Shown here: positions 24,041 to 36,499 of the stretch, in pieces
How the letters are laid out: each line of letters starts with the position of its first letter
Position numbering within the stretch: the first letter of the stretch is position 1
Origin: Macrostomum lignano
Taxonomy: Eukaryota
Length of the DNA: 64,000 nt
Direction: 5' to 3'
NCBI GenBank assembly: GCA_002269645.1
Contig: NIVC01000011.1
Span: 1-64,000 of the forward strand
Position numbers and translations under genes: made by a program
Notes under the pieces: model-generated
Told to the model about the DNA's origin: nothing
Databases searched by the model: none
Seen by the model: the letters and a program-made list of their open reading frames with translations, nothing else

Positions 24041-27000
24041 CTGGGTCTAAACTTAACTTGAACTAAGCAAACTGTTTCTATTCATTGCAAGAGACTGCTG
24101 AGTAAGATGATTGCCCAGCAGTATATATGAACGTCTTTTTCACCTCGCATATAAAGATTTTTTCCTTGATTACCTTCGCTACGTGGCTGACTGATTGTAT
24201 CAAAAATCACGTGAATTTTTTCTTACTGCGCTGCAAAATTCGCTGTAAGCAAACGCTGGGTAGATCTATGCTAGACCTATACTAGAATTCAGTTAAACAA
24301 ATTATGAATATTGAATTTGCAATTTTTGGCTTAGGATATTCACCCCTCCCGTTTCGTGATTGATTTGTAAACAATTTTGTTGTTAGGGTAGCGTTAAGTT
24401 TTAACGTGCATTATTTTGTCCATTAAGCATGTACAATGTAGCTAAAGTTTAAGCGTTCACGATCTTCATTCGCTGTGAAGATCTCCAGGAGTAATTTGAT
24501 CTTCAGGACTGGTTAAAATAGAGTGCTGGTGACAGATGTTAAGGAATTGTAGTAATAAATTATATTTAAAATCTGTGGACGACCTTGGCCTAGGGAAACA
24601 GAAACGAAGCTGACCGCAAGTCGCTTTTTCCTCATAGGCTATCTAGAAAAGAACGTGCTTTCGTGGTCATTCAGGGGGGGGGAGATAAGAAAGTTAAAAG
24701 GCTTTCAGTTTCGCATCGGATTAATGTTTTTCTTAACCTATCACGCGTTCCAGTCGATAAAAAGTAGCTTTGTATATTAGGAGTCTCGTATACGATGTAG
24801 CGAGATTCTTCGTTTCGGCTAGGTGTATATTAGTCAGTCGATGGTCATGCATAAGATGGTGCGTGCCAAATTAACTTGCACTATTTTAATTGATTCTTCT
24901 TGTCTTGCACAGCTACGAGTATTAGACCTTACAGAATAGCCAAGTATAAACTAAGGTTTGCAAATGCACAGACAAAACTGGGTTTGTCCCCAAGTCCAAA
25001 TTCAGAATGCCAAATTGAAAGTCAGGATGCCAGCTGGAGGTAATATTGACAAAAAGATTAAAAATCAAATAAAATCGCTATTTGCCCATCACCCGTTATG
25101 AGACAGAGACAACCGTGATATGCCATGCTATTAACTTTCCAAAAGTCTCTTTGAACTTCTGTAACTTCTTGTCGCGTTGGTTAATATTAATCCTATGCCT
25201 TGATGTCGAATTGCAGAAATGAAAGTCGTTAATTCTGTTAAAATATCTTTATAGTTATTATACGAACTATTCTAAATGATAAATATTCGAGTTTTCTTGC
25301 AACTAAAATCGATGATAGTATAGCTAGCAAGTGCGACAGGCGCATTAATTCTTAATGATTTTGTTGGAAGCTCTCTTGGGAACGTTGTGTTGTGCTTCTG
25401 GGTAGCGTAAAAAAGTATCAACATATATGACATTGCCATGCCTGTATTACATGTGTACATATGAAATGCAGTGCAATTCGTGTGTAGTGAAACTTCCTCC
25501 TCACTCCGAGTGATACTACGACTGTATATGCGTGTGTAGAATGTCGCGGGAAAAATGTCAATTTTTGTGTCGATCTTGACAGGGCGAGAAGGACTCGGAG
25601 GCTATAGAGTTACTTTGATATTATTGCTACAAGCATGCCTAACTCTAAATGCGGAAAGATCATATGCTCGGTCGAATGTTGTCCAAGTGTTGTTTAGCTA
25701 TATTTAAATGAAATAGCCTACATGATTTTGGGGGCATTCGAAAGCGGCAACTGTCTTCTTTAAAACATCACCAACTTCAGAAGATTTACCCTCGGTGATT
25801 CAAGAGATGTGGACAGTAAATAAAAGAAATAGGTCAATCATAGAGTTACACAAGCTATACAAACCGCTAAAAGTGACGTTCAGCTTCAATGATATTCAAT
25901 CTTTGTCCTTATATCTTTGACATTCCATGGAAAACTGTATCTAAAGGAGAATACATGCTTGAGATAAGATATGCTAAAATGTGCATGCGCCTGCACATAA
26001 CAATACATCTGTCTTACAGCTTTATATGCAGGCCTCTGTCTTAACCTGTGACAGATGGGTGCATCTTTATTATTAACTTAATTAGTGACCATAAAATCCA
26101 AGTTTTATTCCCTATCATTTAGTATGCTAGCGTTAATAAAGCTATTTAGATCACGAAATGCATATCGCCAGCTTGACAGTGATGGCTTCCATAAAGAGCC
26201 AGTGCAGGCACTTCTACTAATTATAATATGTACTATACATGTACATTGTAACCTCTTCAAATTGCTTTCTGTTGTCTATGGCTTTCTATGGTTTGTCTGT
26301 GTAAAATCTGCTGCTTATGGCCACGCACCAATTTGAATAAAAAACCAAAGACTTAAAGGACTAAGTTAAATGGGACCATAAACTAGGGGCAGCAGTTGTC
26401 TTGAGTTGTCTTGAGCCACTCTGGATTAAGTCAACTGCTCCTAAGCTCAAACTGAAATCAAAAATCAAATCAAAAAGTATAACAAATCTATTGTTCTACC
26501 AGTGCTAAGTTAGTTATGTATGGACTTCTACCTTAACATTGGTTTCTATCGGTTCATTTCCTTTGTTCTATACATATATATTAAGCCTATCTTCTCGTGT
26601 TTCAATTAGACATTCTAATTAGTTTTTCTTACCTACAGTACAGCCATTTAGCCTAGAAATAATTATATAAACTATGTAGATACTAGAATCGCATTATTGC
26701 GAGGTAAAAAACTCGCCACGCTTCCTTAGACTGTATAATTAATCTTAGCACGGGGCAGGCGCTATTAGCATTGGCGCAGGGTCTGGTAAAAAAAGCGCTG
26801 TTTTGCGCGCTTGTACCTGTTTTTTTGTCGCCAACCGAAATGCAAGACCTTAAAGAGCTAGTACTTGTGCATAGCTAAGATGAAAATTTACAAAGTAAAC
26901 TAATATATTAATATAGACGGTTTTTTCTCTAAAACTGAAAAATTCTCAGAATTTACATTCCGACACCAAGTTGACTACTTTTGTTCCACTGGATAGTAGC

Positions 27001-27251
27001 ATAGGTTGAATCGATTTTTTGAACTACTGTATTATGATAAAACTGCATTAATGAATCAATTTAGTAAGTAACGAGGCCAACTCCTTCGGAGAAGAAAGGG
27101 GAAGAACTCCCATCACCGGAATTCCATTCCCTGAACTCCATCAGCCTAATCCCATTTTCCAACAGCTCTCCGCAAAATAGAAATCCTCTCCGTGAAACTG
27201 GACTCAATCGAAATTTCTCCGTCAAACAGAACTCAGCTCTCAGAATTCATT

Positions 27252-27274
27252 GGTTAGGGTTAGGGTTAGGGTTA
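27252..27274 (+). repeat. Short interstitial (TTAGGG)n tract
   Basis: GGTTAGGGTTAGGGTTAGGGTTAG. Confidence 0.8.
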
Positions 27275-27499
27275 GAGCTACACACAGCTGCGTGTTGAAG
27301 GGGGCCGGTAAAAAAACATTTTTTTCTCATTCAGTCAATATCATGGTCTCAGTTAGAGTTAACAAAAAGATTGCGCAATCTAATTCAACCCTCCAATACA
27401 CAGCGACCGATCCCCTTCCAATACGCAGTGGCAATTAAAAGTTGAACTGATATCTTTCCCTTATGCAGAAAAGCATGCTTTCGAATCCTCATATTTTGA

Positions 27500-27854
27500 A
27501 TTTCGAATTATTTATAGCTCGTAGCAAAAGCTCAAGAAGTTGAAGCTTAGTCTATGGCCATAGACATATTATTATTTCTCAAGTGCTCACTGCGAGAAAT
27601 ATTTATTTATAGCTCATAGCATCCAAGCTACAATAAGTTGAAGTTTAGTCTATGGCCATAGACATATTGAGCTCTCACTGCGAGAAAAATACACTAATTA
27701 GATAGGGAAAGTACAGTTTTTTGAATATTTAATCCCCTTAGCAATGAGCTAGAGCTCATTAAAATAGCCTAAAGCCTGCTCCGGAAAATTTGCAGTTTTC
27801 CCATATAAGTTTCGACGCTGACTTGCCAGAATTGTAGGAGTTCACTTGCAACAT

Positions 27855-27897
<43 letters not shown>

Positions 27898-27925
27898 TCG
27901 CACCAGTTTTAGTATTATGGGAGAT
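27500..27925 (+). mobile_element. Helitron/Helentron-derived (HINE/Lep1-like) non-autonomous element
   Basis: TAAAATAGCCTA...(CAGA)n at 27856-27893...CATCGC...TTTTAGTATTATGGGAGAT 3' layout resembles Lep1/HINE elements. Internal ~95-bp duplication carries the palindrome GTCTATGGCCATAGAC. Confidence 0.35.
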
Positions 27926-28059
27926 TTGCAAGTTCATAAACAATAAGTATTATCGCGCCCTATTGACTATCGACTTAAATAAATTTTTAATAGGTAGTTA
28001 AAGCGCGGTTTAAAGTCTCAATTGTAATTAAAAGAGTAAAAAATCAGTAGTTGACGGGG

Positions 28060-28790
28060 TAATTTGGGAGTTAAAGTGAAGGGTCAAATGGGAGTTGAAG
28101 TGAGGGGTCAAATGGGAGTTAAGGAGATGTGTCAAATGGGAGTTGAAGAGTGGGGTCAAATGGGAGTTGAAGAGTGGGGTCAAATGGGAGTTGAAGAGTG
28201 GGGTCAAATGAAAGTTGAAGAGTGGGGTCAAATGGGAGTTAGGGAGATGTGTCAAATGGGAGTTGAAGAGTGAGGTCAAATGGGAGTTAAGGAGATGTGT
28301 CAAATGGGAGTTGAAAAGTGGGGTCAAATGGGAGTTAGGGAGATGTGTCAAATGGGAGTTGAAGAGTGAGGTCAAATGGGAGTTAAGGAGATGTGTCAAA
28401 TGGGAGTTGAAGAGTGGGGTCAAATGGGAGTTAAGGAGATGTGTCAAATGGGAGTTGAAAAGTGGGGTCAAATGGGAGTTAAGGAGATGTGTCAAATGGG
28501 AGTTGAAGAGTGGGGTCAAATGGGAGTTAAGGAGATGTGTCAAATGGGAGTTGAAGTGAGGGGTCAAATGGGAGTTGAAGAGTGGGGTCAAATGGGAGTT
28601 TAAGTGAGGGGTCAAATGAGAGTTGAAGAGTGGGGTCAAATGGGAGTTTAAATGAGGGGTCAAATGGGAGTTAAGGGGATGTGTCAAATTGGAGTTGAAG
28701 TGAGGGGTCAAATGGGAGTTGAAGGAAGGAGTCAAGTGGGGTTTAACAGAGGGGTCAAATGTGAGTTGAAGAGAGTCAAATGAGAGTTAG
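28060..28790. repeat. Minisatellite, 24-bp unit
   Basis: TGGGAGTTGAAGAGTGGGGTCAAA and variants; explains the overlapping repetitive ORFs. Confidence 0.95.
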
Positions 28791-29662
28791 GGGGGGGGGT
28801 CACAGTTAAAGAGGGGTCGAATAAGGAAATTCTTGGGAACTTAATTTGATAAAAATTTAATGGCTCTATAAAAGTTTAGTTGTAACGCAACAATTCATTC
28901 AGATAAAAATAAAACAGAAGTTGATTGCAGTTTAAACCACTGAAATATTTAAAGAATATGGATATGAAATTTAATCCTACCAGATGCTCAAGCACTGCTT
29001 TCAGTACTGTATTCCTGTTATATACGCAATTTATACATATAGTGTATGCTGGGCTTGAAGCAAACTTGCACCGTGTAGGCGGGCATTGGGTTGGCTGGTC
29101 TGAGTACATTGGACCATGGCTTCCCCACCGCTAATCATGTCGTCCAGAGCCTGTCTTTCTCACTATGCTCATCTGCTAGCGATTGCCCTTCGTGTTGCTC
29201 TCTTTCTCTCTCTCCACTCCCGCTCTTGCACTCTTGGCCTATAAGCTCTGTCTCTCTCCACTCTCCCTTCTCTCTCCCCCTCGCCCTGTTTCCCAAACTC
29301 ACTCCAGGCGTACACGGAAAGTCCTTTCCCAGGGAAGTATATTTTTGAAATCGTGTGGGCAATTCCTTCTGATATTGTTGGGCTGGTAGATAGAGGATTA
29401 GGAAAATCTCTTAACTATTTAATTTATCTGAGTTTTTATTTAGCTATCTTATCTCTTACGCGGTATAATAAACTAAATGTACACTGGTCGTTCTCTTTAA
29501 ATACTCGAATACTCGGTTATGTAGCAGTACTGTCAAACCACTTGTATTTGTAAAGAACATTAAGCTCCTTGTCTCAACAATATTCTTGAAGCGATTATTT
29601 AAAGCATGCTAACTAACAGAGTCAGCTCAGTAGGTTAATATTGATTGCGAACCCAACTGGTC

Positions 29663-29726
29663 ATGCTGACCTTTCTTAATTTGGCCCAGTTTCTGTTGCC
29701 ATCCGCTCTGCAAGCTGGTCTGGAGG
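29663..29726 (+). CDS. Candidate first coding exon of dystrophin (MLTFLNLAQFLLPSALQAGLE)
   Basis: ATG at 29663, open to GAGG|GTGAGT in phase 1, which matches the phase-1 start of the 62-bp exon at 31997. Confidence 0.35.
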
Positions 29727-30122
29727 GTGAGTTCCTAACGACAGCAATGATAATATCTATAAACTTGTGAAATATCGAATTTTTGTTTCAGTTTTTTATT
29801 AGCCATTTTTAATTATATTTTCCAAATTCGTTTTACGAGCTAAAACATTAGATCTAGGCGTATATTGTTTGTTAATATAGGATTATTAGATATGATTTAT
29901 TAAAATCTGACTAGCTCCTACGAGTACAGATCAAGTATAGCATGCCATGTAGTGTTTTTTAATATAATTTTTTTCACGCCTAACTAGACATGGCTTTCGA
30001 ATCTATCAATCAGTTTTGCTGAATAATAGAAGTGTCATCAAGCAACGCTTTACTCGCATTTAGCGCAAACTTATTTACTTTTTTCAATTAGTGTGCGTTT
30101 GAACGTGTTTAAATGCGCGATT

Positions 30123-31637
30123 GAGGCGCGTCGCCACCGGGGAGACAGGGGGAACATGTCCCCCCCCAGTAAAAGCTTTCGGGGGGGACATGCCAATGCT
30201 TTGTCCCCCCCACCCCACTTTGTGACCCGTTATAGTAATCAAAAATGTTTCTTCAGGCGCCAAAATATAGCGCTTTCGGCGCCAAAATAAGTGCCTTCGG
30301 CGCCGAAATGAGTGCCTGCCGCGCCAAAATGAGTGCCTGTGGCGCCAAAATGAGTGCCATGAGTGCCTGCGGCGCTAAAATGAGTGCCTTCGGCGCCAAA
30401 ATGAGTGCCTGCGGCGCTAAAATGAGTGCCTGCGGCGCCAAAATGAGTGCCATGAGTGCCTGCGGCGCTAAAATGAGTGCCTTCGGCGCCAAAATGAGTG
30501 CCTGCCGCGCCAAAATGAGTGCCTGTGGCGCCAAAATAAGTGCCTTCGGCGCCAAAGTAAGTGCCTGCGGCGGTAAAATAAGTGCCTGCGGCGGTAAAAT
30601 AAGTGCCTGCGGCGCCAAAATGAGTGCCATGAGTGCCTGAGGCGCTAAAATAAGTGCCTTCGGCGCCAAAATGAGTGCCTGCCGCGCCAAAATGAGTGCC
30701 TGTGGCGCCAAAATGAATGCCATGAGTGCCTGCGGCGCTAAAATGAGTGCCTGCGGCGCCAAAATGAGTGCCATGAGTGCCTGCGGCGCTAAAATGAGTG
30801 CCTTCGGCGCCAAAATGAGTGCCTGCCGCGCCAAAATGAGTGCCTGTGGCGCCAAAATAAGTGCCTTCGGCGCCAAAGTAAGTGCCTGCGGCGGTAAAAT
30901 AAGTGCCTGCGGCGCCAAAGTAAGTGCCTGCGGCGGTAAAATAAGTGCCTGCGGCGGTAAAATAAGTGCCTGCGGCGCCAAAATGAGTGCCTGCGGCGCT
31001 AAAAGAGTGCTTGCGGCGCCAAAATGAGTGCCTGCGGCGCTAAAATGAGTGCCTGCGGCGCCAAAATGAATGCCATGAGTGCCTGCGGCGCTAAAATGAG
31101 TGCCTGCGGCGCCAAAATGAGTGCCATGAGTGCCTGCGGCGCTAAAATGAGTGCCTTCGGCGCCAAAATGAGTGCCTGCCGCGCCAAAATGAGTGCCTGT
31201 GGCGCCAAAATAAGTGCCTTCGGCGCCAAAGTAAGTGCCTGCGGCGGTAAAATAAGTGCCTGCGGCGCCAAAGTAAGTGCCTGCGGCGGTAAAATAAGTG
31301 CCTGCGGCGGTAAAATAAGTGCCTGCGGCGCCAAAATGAGTGCCTGCGGCGCTAAAAGAGTGCTTGCGGCGCCAAAATGAGTGCCTGCGGCGCTAAAATG
31401 AGTGCCTGCGGCGCCAAAATGAATGCCATGAGTGCCTGCGGCGCTAAAATGAGTGCCTGCGGCGCCAAAATGAATGCCATGAGTGCCTGCGGCGCTAAAA
31501 GGAGTGCCTGCGGCGCCAAAATGATTGGTGACACCACGATTCTCAAAATAATGGAAATGTAGGAATTTAGCCATGTATGTTGAATTCTTGGCTTTGTCCC
31601 CCCCCCCCCCTCAATAAAATCCATGGCGACGCCCCTG
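30123..31637 (+). mobile_element. hAT-like MITE with an internal 21-bp minisatellite expansion (~30255-31525)
   Basis: 8-bp TSD GCGCGATT at 30115-30122 and 31638-31645. TIRs GAGGCGCGTCGCCAC / CAGGGGCGTCGCCAT (rc). Unit TGAGTGCCTGCGGCGCCAAAA. Confidence 0.9.
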
Positions 31638-31996
31638 GCGCGATTGATATTAATTTTGATGTGCAGGAATAAGTATTCGAAATATCATCAGTTGAATATG
31701 AAGAGGAAATATCAATTTTATTCAACTGCCTCTGTCTTTCTGCTTGCTTTGTCCTCTGGCGACACTCTTGAAATTTTACTGATCCAATCATAGAAGTCAA
31801 GACGTGTTATTAAATAAATGATGAATCAGGCGTTTCTAGTGGTTTTTTTTACCATCTATTTTTGTGCAATCAGCGATTTGCTATTTTTTTACTCAAGCTG
31901 CGAGCTATTTGTGTCGTGCTTTATGAATCTAGTGTTTCAAAAATTCAATTAATTTAAGTCTCTAATATCGAAAAAAAATTTTAAAACCCATTTCAG

Positions 31997-32058
31997 AGCA
32001 GAGCATGGAGACGCAAAAGAAGGTGCTTACCAGATGGATTAATTATCAATTGACGAAG
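31997..32058 (+). CDS. DMD: Dystrophin exon, start of CH1 (EQSMETQKKVLTRWINYQLTK)
   Basis: TTTCAG acceptor, AAG|GTGAGA donor, 62 nt, phase 1-0. Matches EDVQKKTFTKWVNAQFSK. Confidence 0.85.
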
Positions 32059-32124
32059 GTGAGACAATAAACAATTTTGAAACTTCTGAAGTGTGAAGGC
32101 GCTTTGCTTACGAGTTGAACAGCT

Positions 32125-32356
32125 AGTTAGTCAGTCAGTTATTTAGTTAGTTTCTTAGTCAGTCAGTCAGTCAGTCAGTTAGTCAGTTAGTTAGTTAGTC
32201 AGTTAGTTAGTGAGTTAGTTAGTTAGTTAGTTAGTTAGTCATTTAGTTAGTTAGTGAGTTAGTTAGTCAGTTAGTCAGTTAGTTAGTTAGTCAGTTATTC
32301 ATTTAGTTAGTTAGTGAGTTAGTTAGTTAGTTAGTCAGTTAGTTAGTTAGTTAGTG

Positions 32357-32419
<63 letters not shown>

Positions 32420-32460
32420 CAGTTAGTCATTTAGTTAGTTAGTGAGTTAGTTAGTTAGTC

Positions 32461-32499
<39 letters not shown>

Positions 32500-32533
32500 C
32501 AATTAGTTAGTAGTTAGTTAGTTGGTTAGTCAA

Positions 32534-32610
<77 letters not shown>

Positions 32611-32653
32611 CAATTAGTTAGTTAGTCAGTTAGTTAGTTAGTTGGTTAGTCAA

Positions 32654-32714
<61 letters not shown>

Positions 32715-32761
32715 CAATTAGTTAGTTAGTCAGTTAGTTAGTTAGTTAGTTAGTTAGTCAA

Positions 32762-32800
<39 letters not shown>

Positions 32801-32815
32801 TTCAGTCAGTCAGTT
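32125..32815. repeat. (GTTA)n microsatellite
   Basis: Long, imperfect GTTA/GTCA array. Confidence 0.95.
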
Positions 32816-32858
32816 GGTGAGTCAGTTATTCTCATTTCACTCACTGATGCAATTGCAG

Positions 32859-33399
32859 GGATTCGAAGACCCAGACAGCCGACTCCAAGTGGCGGACCTG
32901 TACACCGACCTCCGAGACGGCACAAAACTTTTCTGTTTAGTTTGCTACCTGACCGCTAATCCCATACCGGAAGCTGGTCGGGTAGCTTCATCAACCGAAT
33001 CAGATGCTCGCCGCCTAATCGAGCGCAGCAAACAGCTGGTGCAGGATAATTTCCGAGTCGATCTGAGTAGGCTGGACACTGACCAGGTGGTGCAGGGCAG
33101 GCCGAAGGCTACTCTAGGCCTGGTGTGGACTGTGCTGCAAGCTTGGTACAGCGACGACTCTGAGAGCTCCCTATTGGAGTGGTGCCAAGAGCGCTGCAGA
33201 GGCTACGCTGGGGTGCACATCGCCAACCTGACTGTCAGCTGGAAGGATGGACTCGGATTTCTAGCCATCCTGCACTCGGCACGGTCCCATCTGCTTGCAT
33301 TCAATGAGCGATTGAAGAAGCCGCCTGCGGATAACTTGGCTTTGGCTTTTCATTTGGCTAAAACTGAGTTCGGGGTGCCCACTCTGCTGGATGTTGATG
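32859..33399 (+). CDS. DMD: Dystrophin exon, CH1-CH2 actin-binding domain
   Basis: VADLYTDLRDGTKL, KATLGLVWTVL, LLEWCQ, IANLTVSWKDGLGFLAILH, DNLALAFHLAKTEFGVPTLLD. 541 nt, phase 0-1, GATG|GTGAGT donor. Confidence 0.92.
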
Positions 33400-33554
33400 G
33401 TGAGTGTGCCAAGAATCTTAGGATTGTACAAGTAGGATTACACTTGAACATAAAAGTTCATCGCACGGGTCTTGACCTTGACCGCTTGACCTTAAATATC
33501 CTCCAATGAATAGTTGCTAGGCTATTTATCTCAAAGATCTAAGCTCTGGTGTAA

Positions 33555-33790
33555 CTTAAATAACCCAAAACTCTTTCTATTCTTGAAAAATGACCTTAAT
33601 TAACCCCAAACTGTTTCTATTTTTGACAGAATTTGACCTTAATTAACCCCAAACTGTTTCTATTTTTGACAGAATTTGACCTTAATTAACCCCAAACTGT
33701 TTCTATTCTTGCCAGAAGTTGACCTTAATAAACCCCAAACTGTTTCTATTTTTGACAGAATTTGACCTTCAATAAACCCAACTTGTTCTA
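33555..33790. repeat. Minisatellite, 43-bp unit
   Basis: TGACCTTAATTAACCCCAAACTGTTTCTATTTTTGACAGAATT, with starts at 33591 and 33634. Confidence 0.85.
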
Positions 33791-34040
33791 AACTGTTTTA
33801 TATCACGGACACTAGTTTCTTTCTTACCTTAAATAACCAAAAAATGTTTGACAGAGTCGAAAACTCCTCTATTCTACGGATCTATAATTTCAATTGACCT
33901 TAAATGAACCCAAAAAAGTTCATCTAGAAGATTTTTAGACTCCCTTTAATAAACGTACAATGTGCTACGAAATCTGTGTAAAATTGTCCAAAAAATTAAT
34001 AAATCTAAAGTATCGTTTCCCTTATCCCTTTTCCCGCCAG

Positions 34041-34234
34041 ATCTCCTGCTGTCGCCAACGCCTGACAAAAAATCAGTGTCAGTCTACCTGCTGCTGGTGC
34101 GCGAGAATGTCTTCGCCAGCGAGAACCAGTCCCCGCCGGAGTCGCCGCTGCCGGCCGATGCTGGCGGCACCGCCGCGGCTGCCGCTGCTGGGGACCACCT
34201 GGAAAAACCAGCCGAAGAGGCTCCCAAGTCAATG
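34041..34234 (+). CDS. DMD: Dystrophin exon, end of CH2 plus hinge
   Basis: DLLLSPTPDKKSVSVYL (cf. PDKKSILMY). Phase 1-0, ATG|GTAAGT donor. Confidence 0.9.
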
Positions 34235-34269
34235 GTAAGTCTTGTACTTTTTGACTGTCCGTGACCATT

Positions 34270-35344
34270 GTCTGTTTATCTGTTTATTTGTCTGCCTGTC
34301 TGTCTGCCCGTCTGTCTGTCTTTCTCTCTGTCCGTCTGTCTTTTTGTCTGTCTGTCTTTTTGTCTGTCTGTCTGTCTGTCTTTTTGACTGTCTGTCTGTC
34401 TGTCTTTTTGTCTGTCTGTCTTTTTGTCTGTCTGTCTTTCTGTCTGCCTGTCTGTCTGTCTTTTTGTCTGTCTGACTGTCTGTCTGTGTCTGTCTGTCTG
34501 ACTGTCTGTCTGTGTCTGTCTGTCTGACTGTCTGTCTGTCTGTCTTTTTGTCTGTCTGTCTTTCTGTCTTTTTGTCTGTCTGTCTGTCTGTCTGTCTGCC
34601 TGCCTATCTGACTGCCTGTCTATCTGTCTGTCTGTCTTTTTGTCTGTCTGACTGTCTGTCTGTGTCTGTCTGTCTGTGTCTGTCTGTCTGACTGTCTGTC
34701 TGTGTCTGTCTGTCTGTGTCTGTCTGTCTGACTGTCTGTCTGTGTCTGTCTGTCTGTGTCTGTCTGTCTGACTGTCTGTCTGTGTCTGTCTGTCTGACTG
34801 TCTGTCTGTCTGTCTGTCTGTCTTTTTGTCTGTCTGACTGTCTGTCTGTGTCTGTCTGTCTGTGTCTGTCTGTCTGACTGTCTGTCTGTGTCTGTCTGTC
34901 TGTGTCTGTCTGTCTGACTGTCTGTCTGTGTCTGTCTGTCTGACTGTCTGTCTGTGTCTGTCTGTCTGTGTCTGTCTGTCTGACTGTCTGTCTGTCTGTC
35001 TGTCTGTCTTTTTGTCTGTCTGACTGTCTGTCTGTGTCTGTCTGTCTGTGTCTGTCTGTCTGACTGTCTGTCTGTGTCTGTCTGTCTGTGTCTGTCTGTC
35101 TGACTGTCTGTCTGTGTCTGTCTGTCTGTGTCTGTCTGTCTGACTGTCTGTCTGTGTCTGTCTGTCTGACTGTCTGTCTGTCTGTCTGTCTGTCTTTTTG
35201 TCTGTCTGACTGTCTGTCTGTGTCTGTCTGTCTGTGTCTGTCTGTCTGACTGTCTGTCTGTGTCTGTCTGTCTGACTGTCTGTCTGTGTCTGTCTGTCTG
35301 ACTGTCTGTCTGTCTGTCTTTTTGTCTGTCTGTCTTTCTGTCTT

Positions 35345-35383
<39 letters not shown>

Positions 35384-35462
35384 GCCTGCCTATCTGACTG
35401 CCTGTCTATCTGTCTGTCTGTCTGTCTGTCCGTCTGTCTGTCCGTCTGTCTGTCCGTCTGTC
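34270..35462. repeat. (TCTG)n microsatellite
   Basis: 1.2-kb imperfect TCTG array; explains the QTDR/SVCL ORFs. Confidence 0.95.
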
Positions 35463-35789
35463 TTAATGTCTGTCTTTCCTTCTCAGTGTCTCCCTGTCTT
35501 CTTATGGTTATGCCAGATTTTAAATGCATTTGTACCTGCCATTATGCAGTATCTAATAAATACAACTCGTATCGTTGTCTGTTTCTCGCTATACACGAAT
35601 ACCTGAAGAAGAGATAACGAAAAACTTGTTTTTTTTGCCTCCACTTCCTGTCATGCATATTTTCTATTGTTGGAAGTGGCCTCAGCAATTTTTTGGACTA
35701 GAAGAACTCTCCATTCTAGCCGGAATTAATTGGGAAAACCTTTTCAATTGTTTAAATCTAGGCTTAAAGGACAACACGCTGAATAGTTA

Positions 35790-36210
35790 GATCTTTGAGC
35801 TGTGCTCTGGAAAAAAATAGTTTTTACGTTTTCCTTTTCCTGTTTGTTTGCTTTCTGTCAACTGGGGCTTGTTTTTTTCTATTAGCTTTATTATAGCGCT
35901 TGTCCATTTACTAGTATAGGAACTAGGCTCTTCAATTAAATAGCGTCATGAGAACCTTGTGGAATTTTTGTTCTCTCGAATGTGTCGAGCGTGTCAAGAA
36001 GTGCAGGCATGCACTTCCCTCGCATAGTCTCTGCAGTTCATGTTTGATTAAAAAGGCGTGCCTGTCTGATAGTGTCCATTTTACTAGTTCGGGCTAGCAT
36101 TCTGAAGCATGACTTGAATGCTTATTAGACTTTACTTCCACAATTTACCAGATAGTAATTCATAATTCTTTCGAATGCTATCTATTGCAATAGTAAGTGT
36201 TCTAAGGATT
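35790..36210 (-). mobile_element. Second copy of the decayed LINE-like dispersed repeat (cf. 11985-12420)
   Basis: Colinear sequence similarity; the minus strand reads ARHIRENKNSTRF. Confidence 0.45.
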
Positions 36211-36499
36211 GCGATTGGTTCAAACGTGATTTATTATGTATGTTATAAGGTGACACTTGTTAACACTTGTGAATAAGAGCTTGGTGGAGCCCCTGAGCGG
36301 TAGCGGTCGATGCTAGTTCTCGGAATACATGCACTTTAGCGATGGGCAGATTGGATGATATTGCTATGATATTTGTTCTCTTCCTCTGTCGTCATTTCTT
36401 TCTATCCTCTTTGTCTTTTCTTTTTTGACCTCCGTGTCTCCGCTCTCTTCCCCTTTTCGCTCTCTTCCTCCCTGGATCCGCTCTCTACCTACCTATCTC

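Noticed and set aside
24913-25039. Exon-like segment with a good acceptor, a donor and one open frame
   Set aside because: No recognisable homology, no compatible ATG-bearing upstream exon, and the next candidate exon stops after a few codons. Could be UTR or chance.
27252-27274. Telomere seed or chromosome-fusion site
   Set aside because: Only about four units; such tracts are common inside repeats.
28028-28735. Overlapping repetitive ORFs (HLTPHFNS, MGVEEWGQ)
   Set aside because: By-product of a 24-bp minisatellite; no splice or homology support.
29380-29560. Possible LINE endonuclease fragment on the minus strand (AVLLHNRV...)
   Set aside because: Multiple stops and too little motif support.
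30245-31624. ORFs of MSACGAK / APQALIL repeats
   Set aside because: Translation of the 21-bp array inside a MITE with TIRs and a TSD.
34261-35606. Long QTDR / SVCL ORFs (also at 57127-57794)
   Set aside because: (TCTG)n microsatellite artefacts.
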